Source: Candidatus Levyibacteriota bacterium
GTDB lineage: Bacteria; Patescibacteriota; Microgenomatia; Levybacterales; UBA12049
Direction: 5' to 3'
Length of the DNA stretch: 64,000 nucleotides
NCBI GenBank assembly: GCA_016432345.1
Contig: CP066685.1
Span: 176,236 to 240,235, forward strand
In this document: positions 1 through 8,615 of the stretch, piece after piece
Numbering within the stretch: the stretch's first letter is position 1
Layout of the letters: each line of letters begins with the position of its first letter
Position numbers and translations under genes: made by a program
The notes under the pieces: model-generated
Seen by the model: the letters and a program-made list of their open reading frames with translations, nothing else
The model's database searches: none
Told to the model about the DNA's origin: nothing

Positions 1-633
1 AAGCACAGCATTTCTGCTTCTCCCGCAACAATTCGCAACGAAATGGTAAAACTTACCGAGCTTGGATATCTTAAAAAACCTCATACATCAGCAGGTCGCA
101 TGCCCACATCACAAGGTATGAAGTTTTACGTTAAACAACTCATGAAGGAAAAAGACCTTTCGGTGGCGGAAGAGGTGGCGGTAAAAGAAAAATTGTGGGA
201 TTACCGTGGGAAAGAAGACAAGTTTTTTAGAGAGCTTACCAAATCCCTTGCTAAACAAACCAAATCTCTTGCCGTTGCCACAACAGAGGAAGGGGATTTT
301 TACTGCGCTGGATATGCCAATATCTTAGATATGCCAGAGTTTTATGATATTGATGTTACTAAAAGTTTGCTTTTGGCAATTGATGAATGTGATTACTTTC
401 ATACTTTATTTGCCAAGTTTATAGACGATCAAGACGTGCATGTTTTAGTTGGGGACGAGCTTGGCCCACAGTTGCATGGTCAATACGGATTTGTATTTAC
501 TCATTTTGAAACGCCAAAACACAGAGCAGGGGAAGTTGGGGTACTTGGTCCATCACGGCTTAATTACACAAGGATTGTGCCAACGGTTAGATATTTTGGA
601 GATTTAGTTGAAGAAATTGCAACAGGATGGTAG
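1..633 (+). CDS. hrcA: Heat-inducible transcription repressor HrcA (5' end cut by window edge)
   Basis: The frame is open from nt 1 (KHSISASPATIRNEMVKLTELGYL...), which matches the HrcA SSATIRNEM region. It sits directly upstream of grpE-dnaK-dnaJ. Confidence 0.9.
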   Translation, partial: KHSISASPATIRNEMVKLTELGYLKKPHTSAGRMPTSQGMKFYVKQLMKEKDLSVAEEVAVKEKLWDYRGKEDKFFRELTKSLAKQTKSLAVATTEEGDFYCAGYANILDMPEFYDIDVTKSLLLAIDECDYFHTLFAKFIDDQDVHVLVGDELGPQLHGQYGFVFTHFETPKHRAGEVGVLGPSRLNYTRIVPTVRYFGDLVEEIATGW

Positions 634-672
634 AATTTAGAGTCTAGATAATAGCGTCTAGCGTATAGTTAA
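631..672 (+). repeat. Six phased heptads TAGAATT TAGAGTC TAGATAA TAGCGTC TAGCGTA TAGTTAA, starting at the hrcA stop codon
   Basis: Read directly from the sequence. TAG occurs at 631, 638, 645, 652, 659 and 666, an exact 7-nt period. Confidence 0.9.
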
Positions 673-676
673 AACA

Positions 677-1186
677 ATGACGAAAAATGACAAAAATAAT
701 CAAAAAGAAGTAGAAAAAGTAGATTCTGATGTAAAACAGAAAGCAGAGAAAGAAGAAAAAGAAGATAGTGAAACAGAAAAGTTAAAGCAGAAAGTCGAAG
801 GTCTTGAAAATCAGATAAAAAGAGTATTGGCAGATTATCAGAATCTGGAAAAAAGAGTCAGGGAAGATAGGGTAAGTTGGATCAGAACCGCGAATAAAGA
901 TTTACTCTTGCGATTTTTACCGGTTTTGGATACACTCATATTAGCCAGTAAACATTCAGAAGACAAAAGCTTGGAAGTTACGACTCAGCAATTTTTACAA
1001 GCACTCAAAGACGAAGGAGTAGAAAAAATAGAAACAGAAGGAAAAGCATTTGACCCAAATACAATGGAAGCAATTGGAACTCAAGAGGGAAAAGAAGGGG
1101 AAGTAATCGAAGAAACACGAATGGGATATATGATAAGAGATAGAGTTTTAAGAGTTGCACAGGTGATTGTTGGAGAAGGAAAATAA
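677..1186 (+). CDS. grpE: Nucleotide exchange factor GrpE
   Basis: It has a K/E-rich N-terminus followed by GrpE core motifs (LADYQNLEKR, LLPVLD, FDPNTMEA). It lies between hrcA and dnaK. Confidence 0.93.
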   Translation: MTKNDKNNQKEVEKVDSDVKQKAEKEEKEDSETEKLKQKVEGLENQIKRVLADYQNLEKRVREDRVSWIRTANKDLLLRFLPVLDTLILASKHSEDKSLEVTTQQFLQALKDEGVEKIETEGKAFDPNTMEAIGTQEGKEGEVIEETRMGYMIRDRVLRVAQVIVGEGK

Positions 1187-1189
1187 TAT

Positions 1190-1399
1190 ATGTTTGAATA
1201 TAAAATTGTTCTTATTGATGCAAGCACTTCAGATACATTTTTGGAGAAGGTACAAAATGAGTTAAATAAGTATGGTGCTGAAGGATGGGAATTAGTAACA
1301 ATAGAGTCTTTTAGCAATGCACAATCAGCACTGTTTTATGGTGGGGGCAAGACGTCTGGTTTTGTGGCTATTTTAAAAAGAAAAAAGGAGAGTAAATAA
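1190..1399 (+). CDS. Small DUF4177-like protein (69 aa)
   Basis: The sequence MFEYKIV...[15 protein letters not shown] resembles the DUF4177 pattern (recalled from memory, not searched). The gene starts 3 nt after the grpE stop and ends 1 nt before the dnaK start. Confidence 0.6.
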   Translation: MFEYKIVLIDASTSDTFLEKVQNELNKYGAEGWELVTIESFSNAQSALFYGGGKTSGFVAILKRKKESK

Positions 1400-1400
1400 T

Positions 1401-3305
1401 ATGGGAAAAATAATTGGTATTGATTTGGGAACAACAAATAGTTGCGTTGCTGTAATGGAGGGTGGATCACCAAAAGTTATTCACTCTGCAGAAGGCAGAA
1501 ACGTTATTCCATCGGTGGTTGATCCAATCAGTCACGTTGTAGGCGATGTGGCCAAACGACAGTTGGTTTTAAAACCAAAACGGACAATATTTTCTGTCAA
1601 AAGACTGATGGGGCGAAAATTCAACGATGAGTCAGTGCAACGAGACATAAAATGGCTTCCCTATACTGTAAAATCCGGCCGCGACGGCATGACTGTGGTT
1701 GAAGTTGAAGGAAAAACCCTAACGCCTCAAGAAGTTTCGGCCATGATCTTACAAAAAATTAAAGCAGACGCAGAATCTTACTTGGGTGGTAAAGTTATCC
1801 AAGCGGTTATTACAGTGCCGGCGTATTTTGATGACAGTCAGCGTCAGGCCACCAAACAAGCAGGAGAAATTGCCGGACTTGAAGTTCTTAGAATTATCAA
1901 CGAACCAACAGCAGCAGCTCTTGCTTATGGCTTGGATAAAAAGAATGCCCATACTATTGCAGTGTATGATTTGGGCGGTGGTACCTTTGATATTTCTATT
2001 TTGGAACTTGGTGAAGGAGTTTATGAAGTAAAGTCAACCAACGGTGATACGCATTTGGGCGGAGATGATTTTGACCAGAAAATTGTTGATTATTTGGCCG
2101 ATGAATTCAAAAAAGAAAATGGCATTGATCTTAAAAAAGATCCGCAGGCATTGCAGCGACTTCGGGAAGCAGCAGAAAAAGCCAAAATTGAGCTTTCTAG
2201 TAGCACCGAGGCGCAGATTAATCAGCCATTTATCACTCAAGGAAAAGAAGGACCTTTACATTTAACCACCACCTTGACCCGGGCAAAACTCGAACAAATT
2301 GTTGATGAGTTGATTCAAAAAACCATTAAACCAGTTGAATTGGCGTTAAAAGACGCAAAGATTAAAGCATCTGATATTGATGAAGTGGTTTTGGTTGGAG
2401 GAATGACCCGTATGCCTAAGGTTATCGAAGCAGTTACTAAATTTTTTGGTAAAGAGCCGAATAAATCAGTTAATCCAGATGAGGTGGTAGCAGTTGGCGC
2501 AGCAATTCAGGGAGGCGTTTTAGGTGGAGAAGTCAAAGATGTTTTACTTTTAGATGTAACACCATTAACGCTTGGACTTGAAACATTAGGCAGTGTTTCA
2601 ACGCCTTTAATTTCCCGAAACACCACAATTCCAACCAGTAAATCACAAGTTTTTTCAACAGCGGCAGATAATCAAACTCAGGTAGAAATTAATGTGTTGC
2701 AGGGCGAGCGGCCAATGGCTTCGGATAACAAATCATTGGGTAGGTTTATTTTGGATGGTATACCTCCAGCTCCCCGTGGTGTTCCGCAAGTTGAAGTAAC
2801 TTTTGATATTGACGCCAGCGGTATTTTAAGTGTTAAAGCCAAAGACAAGGCAACAGGCAAAGAGCAGAGTATTAAAATTACCGGTTCAACAGGGCTTTCG
2901 AAAGACGAAGTTGAAAAAATGACTAAAGAAGCAGAAATGCACGCTAAAGAAGACGAAGAGAAAAAAGCCAAAGTCGAAACACGAAATCAGGCAGATTCGC
3001 TTATTTTTACGGCCGAAAAATCTCTTAAAGACGCAGGAGATAAAGTGAAGGAAGATCTTAAAAAAGAAGTAGAAGAAAAAATATCAGAACTTAAAAAAAT
3101 TCTAGACACAGGCAGCAAGGAGGAAATCGAGAAAAAAGCCAGCGAATTGTCGGATAGTTTGCAAAAAGTGGGACAGGCGATGTCATCTCAGAAAACGGAA
3201 GACGGAGGACAGAAGACGGAAGCCACCTCCACTGAAAGCTCTAATGAGCCAAAGGAAGAAAAAAAAGATAAAGACGAACCTGTTGAGGGAGAAGTGGTAA
3301 ACTAG
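1401..3305 (+). CDS. dnaK: Molecular chaperone DnaK (Hsp70)
   Basis: Contains [17 protein letters not shown] and [12 protein letters not shown] motifs. A GGAG Shine-Dalgarno lies upstream. Confidence 0.99.
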   Translation: MGKIIGIDLGTTNSCVAVMEGGSPKVIHSAEGRNVIPSVVDPISHVVGDVAKRQLVLKPKRTIFSVKRLMGRKFNDESVQRDIKWLPYTVKSGRDGMTVVEVEGKTLTPQEVSAMILQKIKADAESYLGGKVIQAVITVPAYFDDSQRQATKQAGEIAGLEVLRIINEPTAAALAYGLDKKNAHTIAVYDLGGGTFDISILELGEGVYEVKSTNGDTHLGGDDFDQKIVDYLADEFKKENGIDLKKDPQALQRLREAAEKAKIELSSSTEAQINQPFITQGKEGPLHLTTTLTRAKLEQIVDELIQKTIKPVELALKDAKIKASDIDEVVLVGGMTRMPKVIEAVTKFFGKEPNKSVNPDEVVAVGAAIQGGVLGGEVKDVLLLDVTPLTLGLETLGSVSTPLISRNTTIPTSKSQVFSTAADNQTQVEINVLQGERPMASDNKSLGRFILDGIPPAPRGVPQVEVTFDIDASGILSVKAKDKATGKEQSIKITGSTGLSKDEVEKMTKEAEMHAKEDEEKKAKVETRNQADSLIFTAEKSLKDAGDKVKEDLKKEVEEKISELKKILDTGSKEEIEKKASELSDSLQKVGQAMSSQKTEDGGQKTEATSTESSNEPKEEKKDKDEPVEGEVVN

Positions 3306-3337
3306 CGTATAGTAAATAGCGTATAGCGTTTAGTTTG
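3303..3337 (+). repeat. Five phased heptads TAGCGTA TAGTAAA TAGCGTA TAGCGTT TAGTTTG, starting at the dnaK stop codon
   Basis: TAG occurs at 3303, 3310, 3317, 3324 and 3331, read directly from the sequence. Confidence 0.9.
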
Positions 3338-3339
3338 GG

Positions 3340-3358
3340 AGCGCAGGGGCGCTTTTTT
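3340..3358 (+). terminator. Short GC hairpin plus T-run after dnaK
   Basis: AGCGC-AGGG-GCGCT forms a 5-bp stem and is followed by TTTTTT. Confidence 0.45.
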
Positions 3359-3360
3359 AG

Positions 3361-3366
3361 TATAAT
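3361..3366 (+). promoter_or_regulatory. TATAAT box 6 nt upstream of the dnaJ ATG (possible leaderless start)
   Basis: TATAAT-ACGATT-ATG. There is no Shine-Dalgarno and no clear -35 element. Confidence 0.35.
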
Positions 3367-3372
3367 ACGATT

Positions 3373-4269
3373 ATGGCAAAAGATTTTTACGAAGCATTGG
3401 GAGTATCCAAAAGCGCGAGCGATGACGAGATAAAGCGTGCGTACCGAAAATTGGCACTGCAGTATCATCCTGATCGAAATAAAGGCAAGGAATCAGAGGA
3501 AAAATTTAAAGAAGTAACCAAAGCCTACGAAGTGTTATCCGACACCCAAAAACGTCAACAGTACGACCAGTTTGGTCATGCGGCATTTGAACAAGGCGCA
3601 GGCGGCCCGGGGCCTTTTGGCGGGACTGGCGGACCGTTTGGCGGAGCACAATCAGGGCAGTATGGACCTTTTAGTTATACATACACAACCGGCGGTGCTA
3701 ATGATTTTGATTTCGGCGGATTTTCTGATCCATTCGAAATTTTTGAACAATTTTTTGGTGGCGCTTCACCTTTTAGCCAACAACGACAGCGGCGTTCGGT
3801 CTACTCACTATCAATTGATTTTATGGAGGCAGTGCATGGAACAGACAAAAAAGTAACCATTGATGGTAAATCGCAAACCATTAAAATTCCAGCAGGTGTT
3901 GATAATGGCACAAGAATTCGTTTTGAAAAGTACGATGTGGTTGTTGAAGTAAGTCCAGATAAACAGTTTCAGCGGGAAGGCACGAATGTTGTTTCCGAAC
4001 AAGAAATTTCGTTTCCTCAAGCAGCTATTGGCGACAATATTGATGTTGAAACAGTTGATGGGACGGTTTCACTTCGTATTCCTTCCGGAACCCAGCCAGA
4101 TGCAGTTATTCGGCTTCGTGGCAAAGGTATTTCGCATGTCCGCGGCGGTGGTAAAGGCGATCATTATGTACGAATCAAAATCGTCGTACCCAAAAACCTC
4201 ACCAGCCGCCAAAAAGACCTCCTCGAAGAATTTGAGGAAGAGGGAAAAAAGAAAAAAGGTTGGTTTTAA
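3373..4269 (+). CDS. dnaJ: J-domain co-chaperone, class II (CbpA/DnaJ-like, no zinc finger)
   Basis: It has a J domain with HPD (YHPDRN), a G/F-rich linker and the C-terminal substrate-binding domains. The protein contains no cysteine at all, so the CxxCxGxG zinc-finger module is absent. Confidence 0.9.
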   Translation: MAKDFYEALGVSKSASDDEIKRAYRKLALQYHPDRNKGKESEEKFKEVTKAYEVLSDTQKRQQYDQFGHAAFEQGAGGPGPFGGTGGPFGGAQSGQYGPFSYTYTTGGANDFDFGGFSDPFEIFEQFFGGASPFSQQRQRRSVYSLSIDFMEAVHGTDKKVTIDGKSQTIKIPAGVDNGTRIRFEKYDVVVEVSPDKQFQREGTNVVSEQEISFPQAAIGDNIDVETVDGTVSLRIPSGTQPDAVIRLRGKGISHVRGGGKGDHYVRIKIVVPKNLTSRQKDLLEEFEEEGKKKKGWF

Positions 4270-4314
4270 TTTTTTTGCTTGATTTTTATTCGGAATTGAT
4301 ATATACATTAATAT

Positions 4315-4704
4315 ATGTGGTGGAAAATATTTTTTTGGATAAATATTGTTTTTGCAGTTTTGGCAATTTTAGGACTTGCTGTAACAAAAAATTCTTTCTG
4401 GGATGTTTTTTCAATCGCAAACTTTATTGTTGTTGTAGTTGGTTTGTATGCTTTTATTTATCGTAAAAAAGTTTTTAGCGAAACTTTTTGGTTATTCATG
4501 TTTTGGTTTAATATAGTCACTGATATTGTTTACACATTTTATGTCTTTGCTCCAAATGATCCAATAATGAAAAATTTTTCTTTTTTAGTGAGCGGAGAAA
4601 TACCTAATAAATTCCTTATTATCGCTTTTTCACTATTAGATATTCCTTTATTGTATGCAATTTATCAACTAACAAAACCTGCTGGAAAAGTAAGTAAGAA
4701 ATAG
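4315..4704 (+). CDS. Hypothetical multi-pass membrane protein (129 aa)
   Basis: About four hydrophobic segments. No family recognised. Confidence 0.5.
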   Translation: MWWKIFFWINIVFAVLAILGLAVTKNSFWDVFSIANFIVVVVGLYAFIYRKKVFSETFWLFMFWFNIVTDIVYTFYVFAPNDPIMKNFSFLVSGEIPNKFLIIAFSLLDIPLLYAIYQLTKPAGKVSKK

Positions 4705-4839
4705 GTCTAATTAAGATTTAGCCCGAATAGACTGCGATGGTAGTCCAAAAACGAAGTAATTTTTAAATCTTTTTTTTGCAATTTTTAGGTTGACAATTTT
4801 TCTTTGGGGATTTACCATAAGGTTGTTTCTGCGATAGAA

Positions 4840-5031
4840 ATGGTTGGAGAAAGAAAAGTATATACAGAATTTTTAACAAATCTGGCAGTAGCGTGGTTTT
4901 CGGCCGGTGTAATTGCGCCTTTATTTACGCCTATGCGGGGTATAGGGCAATTAACAGGATCGGTACTAGCAATTATTATTTGCTTCGTTTGTATGCAATT
5001 AGCAGTTATGTTTGAAAAAGGAACTAAATGA
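4840..5031 (+). CDS. Hypothetical small membrane protein (two hydrophobic helices)
   Basis: The track ORF is 4804..5031 with a TTG start. The in-frame ATG at 4840 (MVGERKVY...) is preferred. Confidence 0.35.
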   Translation: MVGERKVYTEFLTNLAVAWFSAGVIAPLFTPMRGIGQLTGSVLAIIICFVCMQLAVMFEKGTK

Positions 5032-5126
5032 GCGATAAAATATTATTTGTTTATTCATGGGGCGCTATTATAACAAGTCTTTTTGTAATTTATCTTTATT
5101 TTTTTAAGTTAAAAAGAAAGAAATAA
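5028..5126 (+). CDS. Candidate 32-aa hydrophobic micropeptide (MSDKILFVYSWGAIITSLFVIYLYFFKLKRKK)
   Basis: It is below the ORF-track cutoff. It shares an ATGA start/stop overlap with the previous ORF, has an AAGGA-like SD, and encodes a single TM helix with a basic tail. Confidence 0.3.
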   Translation: MSDKILFVYSWGAIITSLFVIYLYFFKLKRKK

Positions 5127-5128
5127 AT

Positions 5129-5215
5129 ATGACTATCGAAAGTATTGTTTATGTTTTGGCTGTAGTATTAACAAGCATTGCTGTTTATCTTGTTTTCTTT
5201 AGAGCGGGCAAATAG
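5129..5215 (+). CDS. Candidate 28-aa hydrophobic micropeptide (MTIESIVYVLAVVLTSIAVYLVFFRAGK)
   Basis: It starts 2 nt after the previous stop. It encodes a single TM helix, and its stop codon abuts the convergent lemA stop. Confidence 0.25.
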   Translation: MTIESIVYVLAVVLTSIAVYLVFFRAGK

Positions 5216-5785
5216 CTACATCGAGACTTTGACTGCGTCTTTTTCCGAGGCTTGGGCTTGGAAGAATTCTTGTTGTTTAAATCCAAACATGTTGGCAATA
5301 ATGTTGGTGGGGACTGTTTCTATTTTAGTATTTAAATCTCTTACATTGGCATTATAAAATCTTCTTGATGATTCTATATTATTTTCTGTCTGGGTAAGTT
5401 CGTCTTGGAGTTTACTAAAGTTTTCCGATGCCCTAAGGGTTGGATAGTTTTCAGAAACTGCAAACAAACTTTTTAATGCCCCAGTCAGCATGTTTTCTGC
5501 TTGTCCTTTTTCTTCTACTCCTTTTGCCGACATAGCTGCACTTCTGGCTTTGGTAACTTCTTCAAAAACTCCTTTTTCGTGTTTGGCATAGCCTTTGACT
5601 GTTTCAACTAAATTGGGGATTAAATCATATCGGCGCTTTAACTGCACATCAATATCAGACCAGGCATTTTTAGTTTGATTTACTAAAGATACCAAGCCGT
5701 TATATGCTGCAGCAATCCATAAAGCGATAATGGCGAGAATACCGAGAACAATATAAAAAGGATTCATATTTTTATTGTAAAACAA
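5216..5785 (-). CDS. lemA: LemA family membrane protein
   Basis: It has an N-terminal TM helix and the LemA signature region (YNGLV...[20 protein letters not shown]...ENYP.L.A...F..LQ). Confidence 0.85.
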   Translation of the reverse strand: MFYNKNMNPFYIVLGILAIIALWIAAAYNGLVSLVNQTKNAWSDIDVQLKRRYDLIPNLVETVKGYAKHEKGVFEEVTKARSAAMSAKGVEEKGQAENMLTGALKSLFAVSENYPTLRASENFSKLQDELTQTENNIESSRRFYNANVRDLNTKIETVPTNIIANMFGFKQQEFFQAQASEKDAVKVSM

Positions 5786-5807
5786 TTACAACTCGTTTGT
5801 CAAATTT

Positions 5808-7541
5808 TTACCAGCTCCCGCCTCCACCACCACCAAAGCCCCCGCCGGAAAATCCTCCCCCGCTGGAAAACCCGCTGCCGGATGAGGCAAAACTGTTTTT
5901 TGTTGGCTGCGCTGCAATAGCCGAGGTAAGAGAGTTTGAAAAATGGTTCATATTGCTCGTAAAAAGCATGGCGTTAAATGCATGATTGCTTATATACCAG
6001 TTTGGTTGAGGAAGTTCGATGCCTAGTTTTTTTAGGGCATTGGCAAATTTTTCGGTATTACCAAATACTATGGCATAAGGTAGAATTTCGTTAAACATAT
6101 TTTCTTTTTCAAAAAATTGCTGTCGGTAGTTTTCGGCCTTATCAATAAACAGTTTAAAGCCTAAAATTTTTATATACGTTTCATATCCAAGCTTTGTCCG
6201 TCGGGGCATGTATCGGGAAATAATAAGAAGTGCAAAACCACATATCGAAAGGCCAATCCATATTCCCATCAACGGGAAAATAACAAAAGACAAAACAATA
6301 CCTGTTATAAACAAAGTAAAACCAACACGAGCGTATTTATTTCTGACACTTTCCGGATTTTGGCTAAAGTATTTTTTATCCAAAACATCGGTGTAGAGAG
6401 ATTTTTTAACCAATGCTAAATCGGTATAAAAATTTTTTTCCAGCTCCGAAATTTTAACCGTGTCACCGTCAATAAATAATCGTTCAAAAAGTAATTTTTC
6501 GTAAGTCAGCAATGTATCGGAGCCTTTTTTGCCTTTTTTTAAGATATAATCGGCGGAGCCAAAAACCCACTTTTTTTCCTGTTCGGTAATGGTTAAAAAT
6601 CCCCGCGCTGCCAAATCAACAATTGTAGCCGAGACATCCAATGTGTCTGCCCGCTCGTCTAAAATTGTTCCAACTTCTGCCGGTCGAAGTTTGTCCGGCG
6701 CAAAGTACTGTGCAACAATAGTGTCTGCGGTTAGGTTTTTTTGGTCCCGTCCGTGTTTGAAAAAGAAAAATATGGTGAGTCCAATTCCAAAAATAGTTGT
6801 AGCCAAAAATCCTCCAATATTAAATAGAATCAGCGAAGTTGGTATGTCGTTATTTTCTCCTTGAGGTTTTGAGGCTGTAAGGATCGGCACCATGCCTTTG
6901 GTGTACCCAAGAAGAATACTCATATTTTCTTCGGCTTGCAGAATTCGTGTTGCAGAGAAGTCTGCTTGATTTTGTGAGGTAATAGTTGCCACGCATTTTT
7001 CGCTTGCGTTTTGAATTCCCTCAAAGCAGCGTGCGCCGGTTATTCCACTTTGTGGCAAAGAAATTCTCGCCGATGTTTTAAGAATTGGTACAGGCCAGCC
7101 GTTGCCGGTTACGTCTAGATAGAGTTCATCGTGATCTGAAAAGCTTTTTAATATACCAACCGTAGTGTAAGTTATTGAGTATTTTGCCGATCCAGAAAAT
7201 GTTTGATTAGGTTTACCGATCTTGAGTCGCAAAAAATTGCCATTTTGGCTTTGCTGGTATGGTTCGTTTGCTCCATCTTTTAAGATAGATACGATATATA
7301 TATCAGCGTAAGTATTTTTGTTGTTTTGGTCATAATAGATATTGGGAATGTCCCGATAAATGCCGTGCTTTTGAAGAGTGCCAAAGTTAACATCGATGGT
7401 CTCGGTAATATTTACCTTTCCGTTTTGCTCAACAATAACATTGCTTTGAAAGTTTTCAATAATCCACCCCTCATCAGCATGAGTTAAGGGCGCAAAAGCT
7501 AGAAATATAAAACACAAGAATAAAAATAGAATTTTTCTCAT
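5808..7541 (-). CDS. DUF2207-type membrane protein with glycine-rich C-terminal tail
   Basis: It has a signal peptide, a large N-terminal ectodomain, internal TM helices and a C-terminal SSGSGFSSGGGFSGGGFGGGGGGSW tail. It lies immediately upstream of lemA on the same strand. Confidence 0.7.
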   Translation of the reverse strand: MRKILFLFLCFIFLAFAPLTHADEGWIIENFQSNVIVEQNGKVNITETIDVNFGTLQKHGIYRDIPNIYYDQNNKNTYADIYIVSILKDGANEPYQQSQNGNFLRLKIGKPNQTFSGSAKYSITYTTVGILKSFSDHDELYLDVTGNGWPVPILKTSARISLPQSGITGARCFEGIQNASEKCVATITSQNQADFSATRILQAEENMSILLGYTKGMVPILTASKPQGENNDIPTSLILFNIGGFLATTIFGIGLTIFFFFKHGRDQKNLTADTIVAQYFAPDKLRPAEVGTILDERADTLDVSATIVDLAARGFLTITEQEKKWVFGSADYILKKGKKGSDTLLTYEKLLFERLFIDGDTVKISELEKNFYTDLALVKKSLYTDVLDKKYFSQNPESVRNKYARVGFTLFITGIVLSFVIFPLMGIWIGLSICGFALLIISRYMPRRTKLGYETYIKILGFKLFIDKAENYRQQFFEKENMFNEILPYAIVFGNTEKFANALKKLGIELPQPNWYISNHAFNAMLFTSNMNHFSNSLTSAIAAQPTKNSFASSGSGFSSGGGFSGGGFGGGGGGSW

Positions 7542-7587
7542 TCCATACTAGTATAACGCGTTTATTTCTGCTATACTACCATGACTT

Positions 7588-8580
7588 ATGCCGGCAGTAC
7601 AAAGAAGTGAATTTGCATTAGCATTAAATCAAGTTGCCAACGAGCGAGGCGTTGATGTAACGGTAGTTTTGGACACCGTCAAAAATGCCATTTTGGCTGC
7701 ATACCGTAAAGACCATCCTGGTATTGAAATAGAAGAATACTCTGCAACGCTTAATCCAAGTACCGGTGAAGCTCGCATTTTCCACCAAGACCAAGATGTT
7801 ACCCCCCCTGGATTTGGAAGAATTGCCGCCCAAACAGCCAAACAAGTAATTCTGCAAAAAATTCGAGAGAAAGAAAAAGAAGCGATAGTTAGCGATTACC
7901 GCACCAGAATTGGCACCGTTATTAACGGTATGGTATTAAAGTTTCAGGGGTTAAATGTGATTGTGGATATTGGTAAAACCGAAGGCTTAATGCCCCCTCA
8001 AGAACAAATTCCAAATGAAAGATATCATCTTAATCAGCGACTAACTGTTTATATTGCTGAAATTCGTGAAGGCATAAAAGGAGAAGAAATTATTGTTTCA
8101 CGTGCTCATATTGGGCTTTTGGAGGGACTTTTCCGTCGGGAAGTTCCAGAAGTAGCATCTGGCAGCGTTATTATAAAAGGCATAGTTAGAGAGCCTGGAA
8201 ATCGTGCAAAAGTGGCTGTCTATTCAAATCAGTCAGGTATTGATCCAGTGGGCAGCTGCGTTGGACAAAAGGGAGTGCGCGTCCAGAATGTGATTGCAGA
8301 ACTTTCGGGAATTGAGCGAATAGATATTATTCAGTGGAGCGACTCTCCAAAAATCTTTGTAGCGCAGAGTTTATCTCCTGCAAAAGAAACACGTGTTGAG
8401 ATTAACGAAGAAGAAAAAGTTGCCAACGTTACTGTTTCTGCTAAAGATTTATCGCTGGCTATTGGAAAAGAAGGTCAAAATGCGCGTCTTGCCTCAAGAC
8501 TTACTGGATACAGAATAGAAATTAGAGGAGAAGAAGAATCAGAAGATAAAGAAGTGGAAGAAACAGCAAACGCAGCATAA
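7588..8580 (+). CDS. nusA: Transcription termination/antitermination factor NusA
   Basis: S1 and KH domains are recognisable (GSCVGQKGVRVQ, AIGKEGQNARLAS). It precedes infB. Confidence 0.95.
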   Translation: MPAVQRSEFALALNQVANERGVDVTVVLDTVKNAILAAYRKDHPGIEIEEYSATLNPSTGEARIFHQDQDVTPPGFGRIAAQTAKQVILQKIREKEKEAIVSDYRTRIGTVINGMVLKFQGLNVIVDIGKTEGLMPPQEQIPNERYHLNQRLTVYIAEIREGIKGEEIIVSRAHIGLLEGLFRREVPEVASGSVIIKGIVREPGNRAKVAVYSNQSGIDPVGSCVGQKGVRVQNVIAELSGIERIDIIQWSDSPKIFVAQSLSPAKETRVEINEEEKVANVTVSAKDLSLAIGKEGQNARLASRLTGYRIEIRGEEESEDKEVEETANAA

Positions 8581-8615
8581 TAAATATATGAGAGCCTGCA
8601 TTGCAAATTATATAT

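Noticed and set aside
633-3372. A CIRCE operator (TTAGCACTC-N9-GAGTGCTAA) for HrcA within the heat-shock operon spacers.
   Set aside because: No such inverted repeat is visible in the hrcA-grpE or dnaK-dnaJ spacers. It may lie upstream of hrcA, outside the window.
5797-5985. A 62-aa ORF beginning with a poly-proline run (PPPPPPKPPPENPPP).
   Set aside because: It is simply the reverse-complement reading of the glycine-rich C-terminal tail of the DUF2207 protein.
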